Shown here one piece after another: positions 29,296 to 45,147 of a stretch of DNA of 64,000 nt. A program made the translations under genes and the position numbers. The notes beneath the pieces are model-generated. The model had not been told where the DNA came from. It did no database searches and saw only the letters and a program-made list of their open reading frames with translations. Source of the stretch: the human T2T-CHM13v2.0 reference genome, Homo sapiens; NCBI RefSeq assembly GCF_009914755.1, contig NC_060925.1; one strand, 5' to 3'. The stretch's first letter is position 1; every line of letters starts with the position of its first letter.

Positions 29296-29653
29296 TCATC
29301 TATAATATCAAAAGCCTAATGAACTTTCAAAACCACCTCTTCCATGGAACATTTAATAATAACCATCTGTTTATCATTTAATCATCCTTCCATCTATCAA
29401 TCCATCCACTCACTTATTCAGCAAATATTTATTAAGTATCCACTATGTGGTAAACCTTGATCCCTACTGCAAGGAGCTTAACCCCTCCAGCCTACAGGGA
29501 TCTCTTTTTCTGACCTGCTATAGTTCTCTTTGGATAGTTAGTCCCCCATTACCTCCTACTGTGACTCAACTTTTCATAGATTTATGACTGGTCTCCCGGT
29601 ACAGTTATAAGCACAGCCTACAACTGTGTCTGATACTGTTCTGATATCTATCA

Positions 29654-30218
<565 letters not shown>

Positions 30219-32529
30219 AAAAAGGTGAAATCTGACTCTCAACATCCTTATTGAGGATCAGTGACTGTAGCTGTTTTGTCAGAGTGCCATAGGGGCAGGT
30301 GACATCCTGCCATGTCATCAGGCTCTTACTGCAATCTGATTGGTTCTAGACCAGAAACTCTCATATGACTACAAGCCAAGGCAGGGGAAAAAGGGTGGGG
30401 TGTCTTAGTCTTGATTATCAAAACCATCAAACTTGTCTGTCTTGCAGCGCTATAGAATCTCAGGATCTCAGGTCTTGGGCACCATTTCTCACTTGTGAAT
30501 TTCTGTGCTTCTAAACTGTGATAAAGGTTAGTCTTTAGTCTTTAGCAAATTCCAAGTAGAATAAGTTGGGATGCCCCAGCCTTTATCTAATTCACTCTTC
30601 CTCCCCTCTTTTCACCTTATCAGCAACCCCATTTTTAGCCATGGTGCCAGCAGTCTGATGAAAGAATCTGATAAATTTATTTGTACTGAGGTATAAAAGA
30701 CACCTGCAGGTATGGCTACATTTAGGATGAAATCTCATGATAGAGAAATGAGAATCTACCAGTGGAAGCTCAGGTATCATTACTTGGCAGTAGACATGTA
30801 AGAAACATTTAGGGAAAACATAAAGTGCCTCTAAAATTACACTAATTGTCAATGAATTGGTATGTCTGATCTTCCATCTCTCCTTACCCTTGATATCAGG
30901 CAGCTCATCCTAACCTCAAATCTTTTTAAAAATCAACCTCTTAATTTTCACTATTGAGAAGAGTTGAGTAATACACAAAGGGCACAATTTCAGATACTTC
31001 TTTTTCCCAAATGCTTCTGTTTCTAGAGTGTGATCACGTGGGTCTTTAACAGAATTGGCTAGAAATGCTGAGGTTGTCAAATTTCAAAACAGAGTTACTT
31101 TTGCTGACTTAAAAGATGAACACATGCCATAAAATCAGGAGCTGTTCAGTTATCTAGTGAATTTAGGGTCATTGTAACTGTCTACACTGATAATTCAAGG
31201 CAGCAAAGTTGTCACAGTATGATTTATACTCATTGGCTGCCAGGATAATTCTGAGCTTACGAGGGGAGTGGTCAATTCTATGAGTACTGGAAATCAGAAA
31301 ATACTTCTTGATTTGAACTCCTGACCCTGGAAAAGGGCCACTTTTCCCATGAAGTGTTTTCTGACTTCCAATTGACCACCCCCCTCATTGGGACACTCAA
31401 CAAGGCCCCTTCCGCTAGCCTGTGAATAATCCCTTAGGCGGGGATTGGGTGATGTATATTTGTGTCCCTCATGCTTACAAAATATCGGCACAAATGGAAT
31501 ACAGCAAAATATTTGTGAATGAATAAATTCAGCCTCATTCACTCTGGTAGGTGATCACATCCTTTGTGGATTGAATATAAGTCACAGAAACTTTGACTAA
31601 AATCACTGTTATATCTTCACTGGTGTCACCCACTTAAGGTGCTGGATTACAGGTATGTATAGAGCAAGCTCAAGGGTAGGGACAAGGGTATGCTATCAAT
31701 TTCAGCTTCCCAGATTACAGGTCAGACAAAGGATCCAGTGTATTTTGACATGCTTGGTTTGCCCGAGTTGATCAGAGCTCCAGGAACCTGTAAGGGAACA
31801 CTCCAGATGCATTTATTTTAGTATTTATTAAGGTAGATAACTCAAATTTAAAGTTGAACTATTCCTTGCTGTGATTATGCAGAAACCTGGGGCTATACTT
31901 TATCTTATTCAAAATAATAGAATTCACTAGCATTGAGATAGTTCCAGTCAAGCAAGGATATTAAAACACCTCCTCCTGCCAAACACAACACACAGCATGA
32001 ACTCAGAGCCAATATGCTAAGACACTGAAAACAAACATGGGCAGACAGACAGACAGCAATGTACACTGTGTATAGCATAGATCCGCTTGGATAGCTGAAG
32101 CCCTCTGCATCTCAGCCAAGTGGGAGAATGTTACGGGATGCTTTTGCCACTTAATCAAAGAGGTGGGGCTGCCCATCCTCTCAGGCCATGGACTTGGCTC
32201 TTCTTTACTGAGCAGGGCTCAAATCCACTGAATGCTACTCCTGCCCCACCAAGCGACCTTTGGCCTCAGAGTAGCCAGCTCCTCTGGAATGATCTGAAAG
32301 TTGCTCTGCCTGGTCCCCATTTATGGGAAATTCCTTTCCATGAGTCTCAAACTCAGTTTGTAGTTGGACCGCCTGTGGTGACGCTTGGGGAGGCAGTGAT
32401 GGCCACTCCTTTTTCTTCTTGAGTGAAGGGGGAAAGGAGCTGAGAGGGGAGAAAGAGACTCCACTCTGAATGAAAAGGATCTGAGGCCACTTTGAGTTGC
32501 GACCAGAGCCACAATTGGTGGGTTCTTCT

Positions 32530-32690
32530 CTGTGCCAGGCACTTTACATCCCTGCTTCACTTTATGCTTTAAACAACTGTGTAAGCTAAGTATTACTATT
32601 CCCATTCTGCAGATGAGGAGACAGATTCAGAGGCATTAAACAGCCCACCCCACTTATTCAGCTGCTAAGAGGCTAACTTCTGACATCAAT
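32530..32690 (-). mobile_element. MIR
   Basis: TGTGCCAGGCACTTTACAT..TATTCCCATTCTGCAGATGAGGAGACAGATTCAGAG. Confidence 0.7.
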
Positions 32691-34443
32691 GCTTAGCCCA
32701 CTGCATGATGTTGTCCCCTCTCACTGAATGCTGTGTTCCAGAGGAAATCTCCCTCCAGACTGAGCTCCTCCATGCCCTCAGGACAATTGAGAATAGAAGA
32801 GATAATTCTTGGGCCACCACTGGCATGGGAAGAGGCCCACCTCCCAAGCTTGGAGTTCTAGAGGATGACTTCATTCTCCATCTTCATTCCTCTGTTGTGC
32901 AGCGGGGCTTGGCTTAAGATAATGGGAACAGATGTTAAGGCTGACCCACCAGCCCTCAGAGTCTGCGATCCTGGTAGGGGCTGCTTTCTACGCACTCAGA
33001 ACCCTGCTGGAACCAATCTTGTTAAAATATAACGTTTGTTTACCTAACATAAATTGTTATAATAGGTTTTTTCTTTACAGCAACATGTCCTTCACTGTGC
33101 TGGGGAAGAAAGGGCTCATAATGGCCATCCTTCGCTCTTAGATATTTTCTGAGGAACTACTTAGTAACTGAAGGAAAAATAGCATTGTAAAATTAGTCTG
33201 TTAACAGCAGCAGCAGTATTATATGAACCTTAATCTCATATTTATCCTGGTACAACATCATTTAAACAATATAGAAAGAACCATGCTAGCCACCAGGGCC
33301 AGACAATGACTTAGATAATAAACTATTTCCAAATTTTTATTTCTGCCTTTCACTGGAACTTTTCTATCCTAATTATCCATATACTTTAGCTGATATTTGA
33401 TGCTATGAGTGGGTTTTTATTTCAATATCCTCAATGTATTCCCACTAGGAAACTATTTTTACTTTTTTCTGTAATTGGACTGTTAAAATTTCCTACGCAA
33501 GAAAATTAGCATTTTTCCCATAGTTTTAAAAAAAGGCAAACCCTGTTTTCAATAGGAGACCTCAGAGAAGACACTTAACTTGTGCTTCTGATTTATTATG
33601 ACTTTTTCTGGCTCATTTTAAAAATACCCATTACTGAAAGGCCTCTAGTATATGTCCATGTTAAAAAGTGGTTAAATTAGTTGTAGTTATTTTTATTCTT
33701 ATATCTAGTTCCAGTTAAAGTATATGTCTAAATATAATTAAATAGTGTAAGAAATTATTAAAATAGTTAAATTTCAGAAGTTAAAATATAAAATCTTCAT
33801 GAAAGAGAAAAGCCAAATAAATAGTGTCAGAGAATCCTTAAACTCCAGAGCCTGCCCTGTAGGTCAAGAAGCAAGAGGGGAAATGAGCTGATGAGAATCC
33901 TCTAAAGACATCCCTTTGTCTTCCTGAAAAAGCCAGTGAGAGCAGGTGACCAGTGGACCTTCAGAGCCCTGGGATGCTGTGCCCAAAGTAAGGATCAACT
34001 TGATATCATGGTCTGAGACACTCAGTAAATATTTGTTTATTTTATTTAGAGAGCTGGGACCTACCATGCTCAGATTCTGAATAATAAACATCTTGCCTTA
34101 AAGCAATAGTTTGAATTGCCCTTGTATTTAGCAAAGGAAATGCAGCCTTTAGAGGGCAAGCTAATATGATGGAGACAGTTGGTAATTAGACCACTTTGAA
34201 ATAGTTCCTGTTACACAGAGCTCTTATTTTGACGCAAATCAATGCATCACTCTTACCCTTTAAACTCTCCCCATTTCCTATCAGACCAAATCACAGCATG
34301 ACCTTTAACAGATTCTCAGTCTGAAATTCCCTCTTCCTTGCTTGGCTGTTCTCTGTTATGTGGCCACTCTCTGTTATAATAACGTATTGATGTTGGCTCC
34401 CAGAATAATGACTATTTCACAGACCATTGTAACCAAAGAATTA

Positions 34444-36713
34444 CAGACATCCCTTGAAGATATTGCAAGTTCAGTTCCAGACCATCATAATAAAGTCAAT
34501 ATCACAATAAAGTGAGCCACACATTTTTTTTTCTCAGTGCATTTAAAAGTTATGTTTACACTGTACTGTAGTCTATTAAGTGCACAGTAGTATCATGTCT
34601 AAGAGGAGTCATAATTTTTTGCTGGTGGAGGGTCTTGCCTCTATGTTAATAGCTGTTGACTAATCGGGGAGGTGGGTGCTGAAGGTTAGAATGGCTGTGG
34701 CAATTTCTTAAAAGAAGACAACAATAAAGTTTGCACCATCTATTGACTCTTCCTTTCATGAAAGATGCCTCTGTACTATGCAATGTTATTTGATAGTATT
34801 TTACCCACAGTAGAACTTCTTTCAAAATTTGACTTAGCCCTCTTAAACCCTGCCACTGCCTTATCAACTAGGTTTATGTAAAATTATAAATCCTTTGATG
34901 TCACTAAAGATGTTCACAGCATCTTCACCAGGAATAGGTTCCATCTCAAAAAACCACTTTCTTTGCTTATCCATAACATGCAATTGCTCATCTGTTCAAG
35001 TTTGATCATGAGATTGCAGCAATTCAGTCTCATTTTCAGGCTCTACTTCAATTCTAGTTCTCTTAATATTTGTACCACATCTGCAGTTACCTCCTCCACT
35101 GAAGTTTTGAATTCCTCAAAGTCAACCATGAAGGTTGGAATCAACTTCTTCCAAACTCCTGTTAATGTTGATATTTTCACCTCCTCTTATGAATCACAAA
35201 TGTACTTCATGGCATCTATAATGGTGAATCCTTTCCATAAGGTTTTGAATTGAGTTTGCTCATATTCATCAGAGCAATTACTATCTATGGAAGCTATAGC
35301 CTTACAAAATTCATTTATTAAATAATAAGTCTTGAAGTCCATATTTATTTCTTGATCCATGGGCTACAGAATGAATTCTGTCTTAACAGGCATGAAAACA
35401 ACATGAATTGGCTTGTACATCTCCATCAGAGCTCTTGGGTGACCAGGTGCATTGACAATGAGCAGTCATATTTTGAAAAGATCCTTTTTTCTGAGCAGTA
35501 GGTCTCAACAGTGGGATTAAAATATTCATTAAACCATGCTGTAAACAGATGTGCTATCATCCAGGCTTTGTTCTTCCATTTCTAGAGCACAGGCAGAGCA
35601 TATTTAGCATAATTCTTAAGGGACCCAGGACTTTTGGAATGGTAAATAAGCATTGGCTTCAACTTAAAGTCACTGCTGCTGCCCCTAACAAGACAGTTCT
35701 CCTGTCCTTTGAAGCCAGGAGTTGACTTCTCCTCTCTAGCTAAAGCCCTAGATGGCATCTTCTTGCAGTATAAGGCTATTTCATCTACACTGAAAAACTG
35801 TAGTTTAGTGTAGGCAACTTCACTAATTGTCTTCGCTAGATCTTCTGGATCACTTGCTGTAGCCTATACATAAGCCCTTGCCCCTTCATTTTACACTTTC
35901 ATGTTATAGCAACAGCTTCTTTCCTTAAACCTCATGAATCAACCCCTCCTACTGCTGACTTCTCTTGTACAGCTTCCTCACCTCTCTCAGTCTTTACAGA
36001 ATTGAAGAAAGTTACAGCTTGCTCTGGATTTGGCTTTGGCTTAAGGGAATGTTGTTGCTGGTTTAAATCTTCCATCCACACCACTAACACTTTCTCCGTA
36101 TCAGAAATGCAGCTGTTTTGCTTTCTTATACGTGTGTTCACTGAAGCGGCACTTTTAATTTCCTTCAAGAACTTTCCCTTTGCATTCACAACTTGATTGT
36201 TTGGTGGAAGAGGTCTAGCCTCTTATTTTGGCTTTCAACATATTTCCTCATTAAGCTTAATCACTTTTAGCTTTTTATTTAAAATGAGAGACATATGACT
36301 CTTTCACTTGAACACTTAGAAGCAATTGTAAGGTTATTAATTGGCCTGATTTTAATATTATTCTGTCTCAGAGAACAGGGGGGCCCACAGAGAAATGGGA
36401 GAATGACTGGTTGGTAGAACAGTCAGAACACACGCATTTATCAGTTAAGTTTGCTGTCTTATATGGGCACCTCAAAGCAATTACAAAAGTAATGTCAAAG
36501 ATCACTGATCATAGATCATTATAAAGGATATTATAATAATGAAAAAGCTTGAAATATTGCAAGAATTACCAAAATGTGTCACAGATACATAAGTGAGCAC
36601 GTGCTGTTAGAAAAATGGCTCTAATAGACTTGTTTGATGCAGGGTTGCCACAAACCTTCAATTTGTAAAAGTGCAGTATCTAAAGCAAAGCATAATAAAA
36701 TGAGGTATGTCTC
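34444..36713 (-). mobile_element. Tigger1 DNA transposon (pogo/TcMar), near full length, decayed transposase
   Basis: TIR-like ends CAGACATCCCT.. / ..GAGGTATGTCTC, TA duplication on both sides, minus-strand peptide NAKGKFLKEIKSAASVNTRIRKQNSCISDTEKVLVVW (CENP-B-type HTH). Confidence 0.93.
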
Positions 36714-39284
36714 TATTTGAAACAACTCTTTCTTGAAAGGAGTCCAGTTCGAAGACCTTCGTCCTGATTTGGAACCAATAGTCCTGAAAGGAGACTGTTA
36801 TATTGAGTCCTGGGAATCACGTAGGTGATTAAGGCTCATTGCTAGGGCCACAGATGACCTGTTTGAGGGATTATTTTCCCCAGTCCACCCCACTACCATG
36901 CATGCCACACACAAGTGTGTGCATACACATTGCACACATATACGTTTAAAATGCAGCCAAAGTTGTTCACCCTTTGCCAAAAATACTTGCCTCTTGCCTT
37001 CTTTTCCTGCCTTTCTGCCTACTCAACAAATACCTAATCATCTTTCTAGATTCAGGCTCAAGAAATGTTTGCTCTATAAACCCTCCCCTGTGCTGGACCT
37101 GGCTAGTACTGGCTGTCAAAAGCTGCTTGTGTGCATCTCTTCCCATGTCCTTGTTAGTAATTTCACTTTGATATCTGACATTGACCATGAAGGGAGCATT
37201 TATTCCAAGGAAATCAGCAAATGCTACAAATCAGTGCTTTTTCTTTCCCCAAAGAGCTAGTTTTTACACATTTACCAGCATCCTACTGGATGCAACCCAG
37301 TGTTTGACTTTACAGAGAGAGAAAACACTCTATGGTAGTGGAACAAGGATTCTAACATGAACTGGAATTCACTGCTAGGATCACTGTATGTTTCCTTCAT
37401 GTCTCAAATATCTCAAATAAGGACTTTCTATCCTTTTCTGTCTTCTCTGGTCTTTTCTACTAATTCCAGTGCTCTATTTCTGTGTTCAGCTGTGGGGTCT
37501 TTAAGTTTGAGGGCAACAGCTTCTGTTTGGGCAACACTGAAGAGAGGAAATGCTCCCTAGAAAAGATGCATTTTGAGGGAGCAAGCAGGACAAGCAGACG
37601 GTGAGGAAAGACAAAATGGTAGGCTGGGAGGAGTGGCTAGGAGAAAGGGTTGGGGTAGAAATTTGTAAGCCCTGCAGAGCCAAGGTAGGAAAACTTAAAT
37701 ATCTGATGCTTTGACCTCTCTGTAGGTAACAGCCCTAACCCACACAAAGACTATCTCATCTTTCAAGATGGAGGGTGCCTAGTCTGTATTCTGTTATTAG
37801 CTTTGCTTCCTTAGCTAAGGCAAGGATTGGGACTAGGACTGAGTCTTGTGTGTTGTGGGAGGGGCAGGCAGCTGTCAAAGAGGTGCCAGCTAAGCTGTCT
37901 GGGAGCTAAGCCATAATTAAATGATAGGACAAATGTCAAATTTCAACAAGTGAAGCTCAGGAGAATTATCCGGATATGTTTATATCCCACATGAAAACAC
38001 AGTACTAATCCCTACACAGGGAGTTGATAACAGATACCAGGAACTTACTGAGATTCTCTAACTAAGGAGTTTAAAGCCAAGCTAACACCATTTGAAAGGT
38101 GTTGAAAGTTGGGACTTTTATGAAAATTACTTTATTTAAGATACACAAATTATTGCCAAGTGAACTCTGATGAGATTTCTCTGAAACCACCAGGTAAAAA
38201 AAATGAAAGAGGGACCAAAAACCAGTAAAATTTTGAATATAGTTGAAGATTTATCTTTTACAATACTAGATCTCAAATGAACTCAACATTAGGGTGGGAC
38301 AGTGATAGTCACTGGGGTTGGTATTTCTAATAAAAGTGAAATTATGTGAGCAATCCATGGCCCTTAGTAGTATTTATTTTTTAAAGCTCAGATAGTTGTT
38401 TATATATTTTCCTTTATTCCATGTTCCTAAAGCCAATTAGTCATGAAGTGGTGTCTCCCCACTGTCTTGTTTTGCAGCATGTTTGCCTTCAGTCTGATAG
38501 TTGGTGTTCTGGCCCTGGGGAGGAGGTCAGGGGGCAATCTACTTCCCAGAATTAGGTTTAAAAATGTTTTTCTTCCTCCTTGGTTTGTGGCTATCATTAG
38601 CAGGGCCAAAGACAGGATTATGTTTTTGAGAAATGCATTCCTTTCTACCCAAACCGGTGTTACCTATTAAATGTCATTTTCAGCCTTGAAGGAGAGGCCC
38701 GAGACATTAAGAGTTCTTGACTGGGGCTCTCAGGAAAAGAGACAAGGCCCAGTGGCCGTCCTTGAGAATCAGAACAGGAGAATTTCAGCTGGTCCTTTGG
38801 GTGCCCCCGAGCCTCCCCATCTCCTCACCCAGTGAATGCAGCCCTCCAAAAACACCTCATGGAGTTGGCAGCCAGCTCCCTCAGCTTGCAATTAGATGAT
38901 CCCAGACTACTAGCCCTCAGTGTGTTTAAGGCCTTTATCTCTATGAGCTATTTCTAATACGTTCTTTCTGCACTTAGCCTGCAACCACAAAGGGGTATTA
39001 TTAAAAACATAAAGGAGAAGTAGATAAAAAACTTAATATGCCAATTAAAATACCAAGCAGAAACCAGAAGAAACCATTCTCAGACTCACAATTCCCCAGA
39101 TACAGATAGCCCGGAAGGAACTCAGGCTAAGAGAGCAAAGAAACATCTTGTAGTAATCTCAGAGCCAGGCGCTTACTTGGAGCTATTTACTTCCTGGTTT
39201 GGGAGACGTTTTGCACTAGGTTATTTGGAATTCTCAACTCCCACTTATTGCTAGCTCTATAAATGCTTGTGAATATTCATAATA

Positions 39285-39745
39285 AAAATAGCTACCATTT
39301 ACTAAGTCCTTATTTGGACCACAAACTGTTAGTGCTTTATATATATTGTTTTATTTTATTTTATTATATTTTCTTAAGAACTGTATAAGACAATCATTAA
39401 TATTCCCATTTTACAGATGAAGAAATTAAAGGTTAAACCATTGAAAATAATGTATTAATTTATTTATGCCGGGTATTCTGGTAAGAGCTTTACACAAATG
39501 GCTTCATTTTTCTTTATTGACAATGCTTACTGAGTGCCAAGTACTGTTCTAAGTGCTTTGCACATATTAACTTAATTAATTCTCCCAACAGACCTATGAC
39601 GTAGGTGCCATAATTATCTCCATTTTTCAGATGGGGAAGCTGAGGCAGAAAAGTTAAGGACTGGTCCATAGTAAGTAGCAGAGCCAGGAATTGAACCCAA
39701 GCATCTGGTGCCAGAATTCATGCATCTGAACCACTTGACTGTGCT
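39285..39745 (-). mobile_element. Two adjacent MIR copies
   Basis: CCCATTTTACAGATGAAGAAATT (~39405) and CTCCATTTTTCAGATGGGGAAGCTGAGGCAGA..GAGCCAGGAATTGAACCCAAG (~39620-39700). Confidence 0.8.
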
Positions 39746-40604
39746 GTCTTTCATCATTTTTGCCCTATCAGGTGCCCTATACCTATTTTCAGACAAGAAT
39801 ATTTACCCAAAAATCCCCAACCAGTAGAGCAGACTTTTGAAGCCAGGTCTCTGGGACCCCGAAGGCCTTGTTCAAGCGCTCTGCTATCTATCCATATCAC
39901 GTTTTTCATTAGGCTCAATGAGGTTTGTATAATTCAGCCTCATCAATTGGGTTATAATGCTTTGGAGTTACTAAAAGTTTTATTTACTATTTTCACTAAA
40001 GGACTCTGCTCCTAGTATGTGGTAAGTAAATGTTCTTGGTTAATTGTGGACATTAATAAGATGCTCTTAATGAGGGGACAGATGTGCACACATGGTCAAG
40101 TGGCCATTGAGATACTTCTTTTGGCTCTTATCCAAATCATAACATTATAGAAATCTTTGCAAAATAAGACTTGTATAAGTGCAAAGAACATTGTGCCAGA
40201 TTCTAATTATCCCTATTATTTTATTATTATATGTTATACATTGCAGCTTATATGTTGTTTTTTAATATTGTGTATATAGATGTATATATATATATTGATA
40301 GACACACACCCCAAAACAATATTTTATATATAATATGTATAACATTATATAATATGTAATATATAGTGTATAATGGGAAATATATGCACAACTACATCTT
40401 TCAAACTTACTTTAAACTGTCTGGTTCAAAGTGCATGTGAACTTCTCTGAAATTCTTTCCTGAAAATTTTAGTAAAGCAATGTTCATGTGAGGAGCTAAA
40501 CACAAGTAGAATGCTTAGTTTTGCCTAAGGGATGGTTTAAACATACACAGTACACAGTTTTTGTAAAGCAGAGAATATGTTAGAACATAAAAATGAGTTC
40601 AGAA

Positions 40605-41147
40605 AGATAATTTCTACAAGGCAATTCCCACCTCCTGGTATTCATGCCTTTGTGTGCTCCCCTCCCCTTGAGTGTGGGCTGGACTTATTGACTCACTTCT
40701 AAGGAACAGAATACAACAGAAGTGACAGATGTCACTTTCAATTTCAGGTTATAAAAAAGACTGTGGCTTCCATCTTGGGTGCCTTCTCTCCCCCTCTTAG
40801 TTACTCACTCCAGGGGAAGCCAGGTGCCATGTTGTGAGGTGCTCTATGGAGAGGTTCACATGGCAAAAAATTTATGTCCTCAGCATACAGCCAATGAGAA
40901 GCTGAGGCCTGCCAACAGCACATGCATGAGCTTGGAAGAGGATCCTCCCTGAGTTGAGCCTTGAGATAGATGAGGCAGCATCAGCCAACACTTTGTTTGA
41001 AGGCTTGTGGGAAACCCTGAGTTCAAAGCACCCAGCTAAGTCACACCCAATTCCTGACTCACAGAAATTGTGCAATAATAAATGTTTGTTGTTTTAAGCA
41101 ACTAAGTCTTGCTAGTAATTTGTTTAGCAGTCACGGACAATCAATAG
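40605..41147 (+). mobile_element. MLT1E/F-like MaLR LTR
   Basis: CCTCCTGGTATTCATGCC..CCCCTTGAGTGTGGGCTGGACTT..GACTCACAGAAATTGTG..AATAAATGTTTGTTGTTTTAAGC. Confidence 0.85.
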
Positions 41148-41164
41148 AGCAAAGAAAAAACAGC

Positions 41165-41350
41165 ACAGGCTTTGGAGTCAAGCAGACCTTGGCTAAAGCC
41201 TAACTTGGCTAAATCAACTGTGCAACAATAGACAGTTTATTTAGCCTCTCTGAGTCTCCATTTCCTCAACTATAAAATGGTGATAACAGTAATCCTTGCA
41301 GAATTATTATTGTTATTAAATCAAATAACATGTAGTAAGTGACTATTTAA
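41165..41350 (+). mobile_element. MIR
   Basis: GGCTTTGGAGTCA..AGCCTCTCTGAGTCTCCATTTCCTCAACTATAAAATGG. Confidence 0.7.
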
Positions 41351-42281
41351 AGGCTTGAAATACATTGTGTTTAATCTAATATGTGATTTATCTTTCCTCT
41401 CCCTTCATATTCCCATTAACCCCTTCTTACACTTGTCACCCTTTCTTGGGGATAGGTATTTGAAATGATAGTGAGGGTGGAAGATTTCAAAAAACAGTGG
41501 TGCTCAAGGAGACAGGATATAACAGAATTTTAAAAATAGAGGAGAAATCACTTGATCTAGAGGTGGGGAGAGAAGGAAGAGGTACAGTAAAGGAAGAGAA
41601 GTCAACCCTAAAGATCCACTTCTTGCCAACATGTTTGTTTTTCTAATTTCATTGCAGAGAGTGAATGTGTGTGTGTGTGTTAGTCACTCTTCCCCACAAA
41701 AATGGGTATTCCCAGAATGATGAATGAAAGATGGTCTTAATTTGATATGATTTTCCTCATAGTAATAAACACATTGTCTTCTACCAACAGTTTCTAAAGC
41801 TAACTAATTTTACTTCTTTTTCAAGGAGGAATAAAACCAAAGGAAAGGGCCCCAAGAAGGCTCAGCAATCTTGGGCAGTTTTTGTGGGTTGTGCAGAAAC
41901 CCCAGGCTCCCAGCTGAGAGCAGGATCTAACATTGGAAATAAAACAAAAGCATTTACGAAAGCCAAGAAACTTAGGGCTAGGTAGTGAGGTGCCCTTATT
42001 TTACAGATTAGAAAACTGAGAGCTGTAAAATCTCTCAAGGCTGGGAAGGCAGCTGAAGAATGGGTGAACCTCCCCTGGGGGAAGGGCACTTGGATTCTTT
42101 TCTTTCTGTGGATGTGAGGAGTGTTTACCTAGCCCAGGAAGGACTTACTGGAAGGGACTGGTTTGAGTTGTGAATTGAAAAACTGATGTGAAGAGGTAAG
42201 ATGAGGAACACCCCAGGAGAGCAGAGCCCAAATGGGACCATTCAAAGGCCATTTGTAGCCAGTGAAAAATGGAAGGCAGAT

Positions 42282-42394
42282 GGAAGAAGAAGAAGAAGAG
42301 GAGGAGGAGGAGGGAGGAGGAGGGAGGAGAAGAAGAAAGAGGAGGAGAATGAGGAGAAAAAGGAGGAGGAGAAGGAGAAGGAGGAGATGAGAGA
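42282..42394. repeat. (GAA)/(GGA) polypurine low-complexity tract
   Basis: ~110 nt that are almost entirely A/G. Confidence 0.95.
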
Positions 42395-42774
42395 ATAAAG
42401 TTTAAACTCCAAGTGGACAATGGTAAGAAAGTCAATCAGTGGAAATGTTTCATGTGAAAAATCAAAGAAAAGAAGGGTAAGACCAAGAAAAGAGCTAAGT
42501 TTGCCAGCAATGAGGAAGGTAAGGGGTTTACAGCAGACGAAGGAGGAGGCTGCAGAGGATTATAAGGGCAGCTAACATTTGCTGGGCACTCACCACAAGC
42601 CAAGCACTCTTGTAAGGCGTAGTGTTTACATTCGTATTTATTTGTTTAATTCTCATGACAGATCTATGAGGCTAACAGCAGTCAGATAGTGTCAGGTTCC
42701 AAGAATTGGTGAAAATCATGGTTATGAGAAATACAGAATCAATATGTCAATTAAAGAAGAAAAATGTTGAGTTC

Positions 42775-43000
42775 AAAGCCAGATAGAGTTGAGTTCAAAT
42801 CCTGGCTCCACCACATCTGCCCAGATATGCCTAGTAGCGCTCATTCAGGAAAACAGCTTAAACTTCCTAAGACCCAATTTCCTTATGTGGAAATAGGGTT
42901 AATGATAATGTCTACTCCACAGAGTCAATGTGAAAACCAAGGTGACACAGAACATGCATAATGCCTGGCATGGTGACTGACATGTGTGAGGATTAAACAG
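42775..43000 (+). mobile_element. MIR
   Basis: GAGTTCAAATCCTGGCTCCACCAC..AATTTCCTTATGTGGAAATAGGG. Confidence 0.65.
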
Positions 43001-43297
43001 TAGCCACAAGTATTGCTGTTGCTGTTGTTTGTGGTAACAATGTCTTAATGTCTATTGTTGGCGAGTTTCTGTCATCTTAAGAAAATACAAATGCAGAGTC
43101 CTATATTCATCTTAATTGAAAGTTAGTTTACAGTGTGGCATACTCTGAAGAGTGTGGGAAAAGGATTGAGGAGAACCACGTTTTAGTCCCCCTCTGAGGT
43201 CCACTTGCCATGTGACCTTGAACCTAGGTATAAATATCTCTGAGATTACAGGAGAGGGAGAAATGAGCTCTAAGATTACTTCTAGTTTAAAAAAAGT

Positions 43298-43905
<608 letters not shown>

Positions 43906-44049
43906 TTTTCATAATAAGACTATTAAAAATATCAACTCCTTGAACTATATGGCTTCACAACTCTGAAAAAAAATCAAAATTAAAATTAAATAAATACATC
44001 TCCTCAAAAAACCAAAAACATAAAAACCTAATGGGTGAAAAAGTTGAAG

Positions 44050-44560
<511 letters not shown>

Positions 44561-45081
44561 ACTGTAACCCTAGCATCTAGAGGCTAGGCATAATACAAAA
44601 CAACTCTCATAAGTAACTGATGAGTGAAAGAATTGATGATGGATGGAAAACCATTTCCTTCCCCCATCTCAGTTTCCTTAGCTGTATAATGAGGAGAATA
44701 AACCTGCTTATTTCCTTGTCTGTCCTCTTTTTGATCTACTGTCAGGAATGTTGGGTAGACAAATGATGTAATAAATAGAAAATAACTTGGGCATCTCAGG
44801 AAGTACCACTCTTTAAAAGGGTGGCAGCAAAAATATTCTCGTAAATTAAGGAGTAGCACATCTGTAAACTAAATTAAATATGAGTGTCTGCTCTAGTTTC
44901 TGATGATAGAAGTATCCTAAATGAAATAGGGAAGGATGGGGAGCACACCTCAAAACATGAAGGTTTTTGAAGACTTGATTCCTGAAATTGTGTTTCCATT
45001 TGCGTTTAGAGATGTTTAGAGTGAAATCAGTATTTTCTTTTGAGAAGCACATTATGAATGCAGACTAGTCAATATGTCAAG

Positions 45082-45147
45082 GTGTGTGTGTGTGTGTGTG
45101 TGCGTGCAAGTGCATGCGTATGTGAGATATATATATATATATATATA
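45082..45147. repeat. (TG)n...(TA)n compound microsatellite
   Basis: direct observation. Confidence 0.9.

Noticed and set aside
42145-42435. Glu/Arg-rich and Pro/Ser-rich ORFs
   Set aside because: Translation artefacts of the GAA/GGA low-complexity tract.
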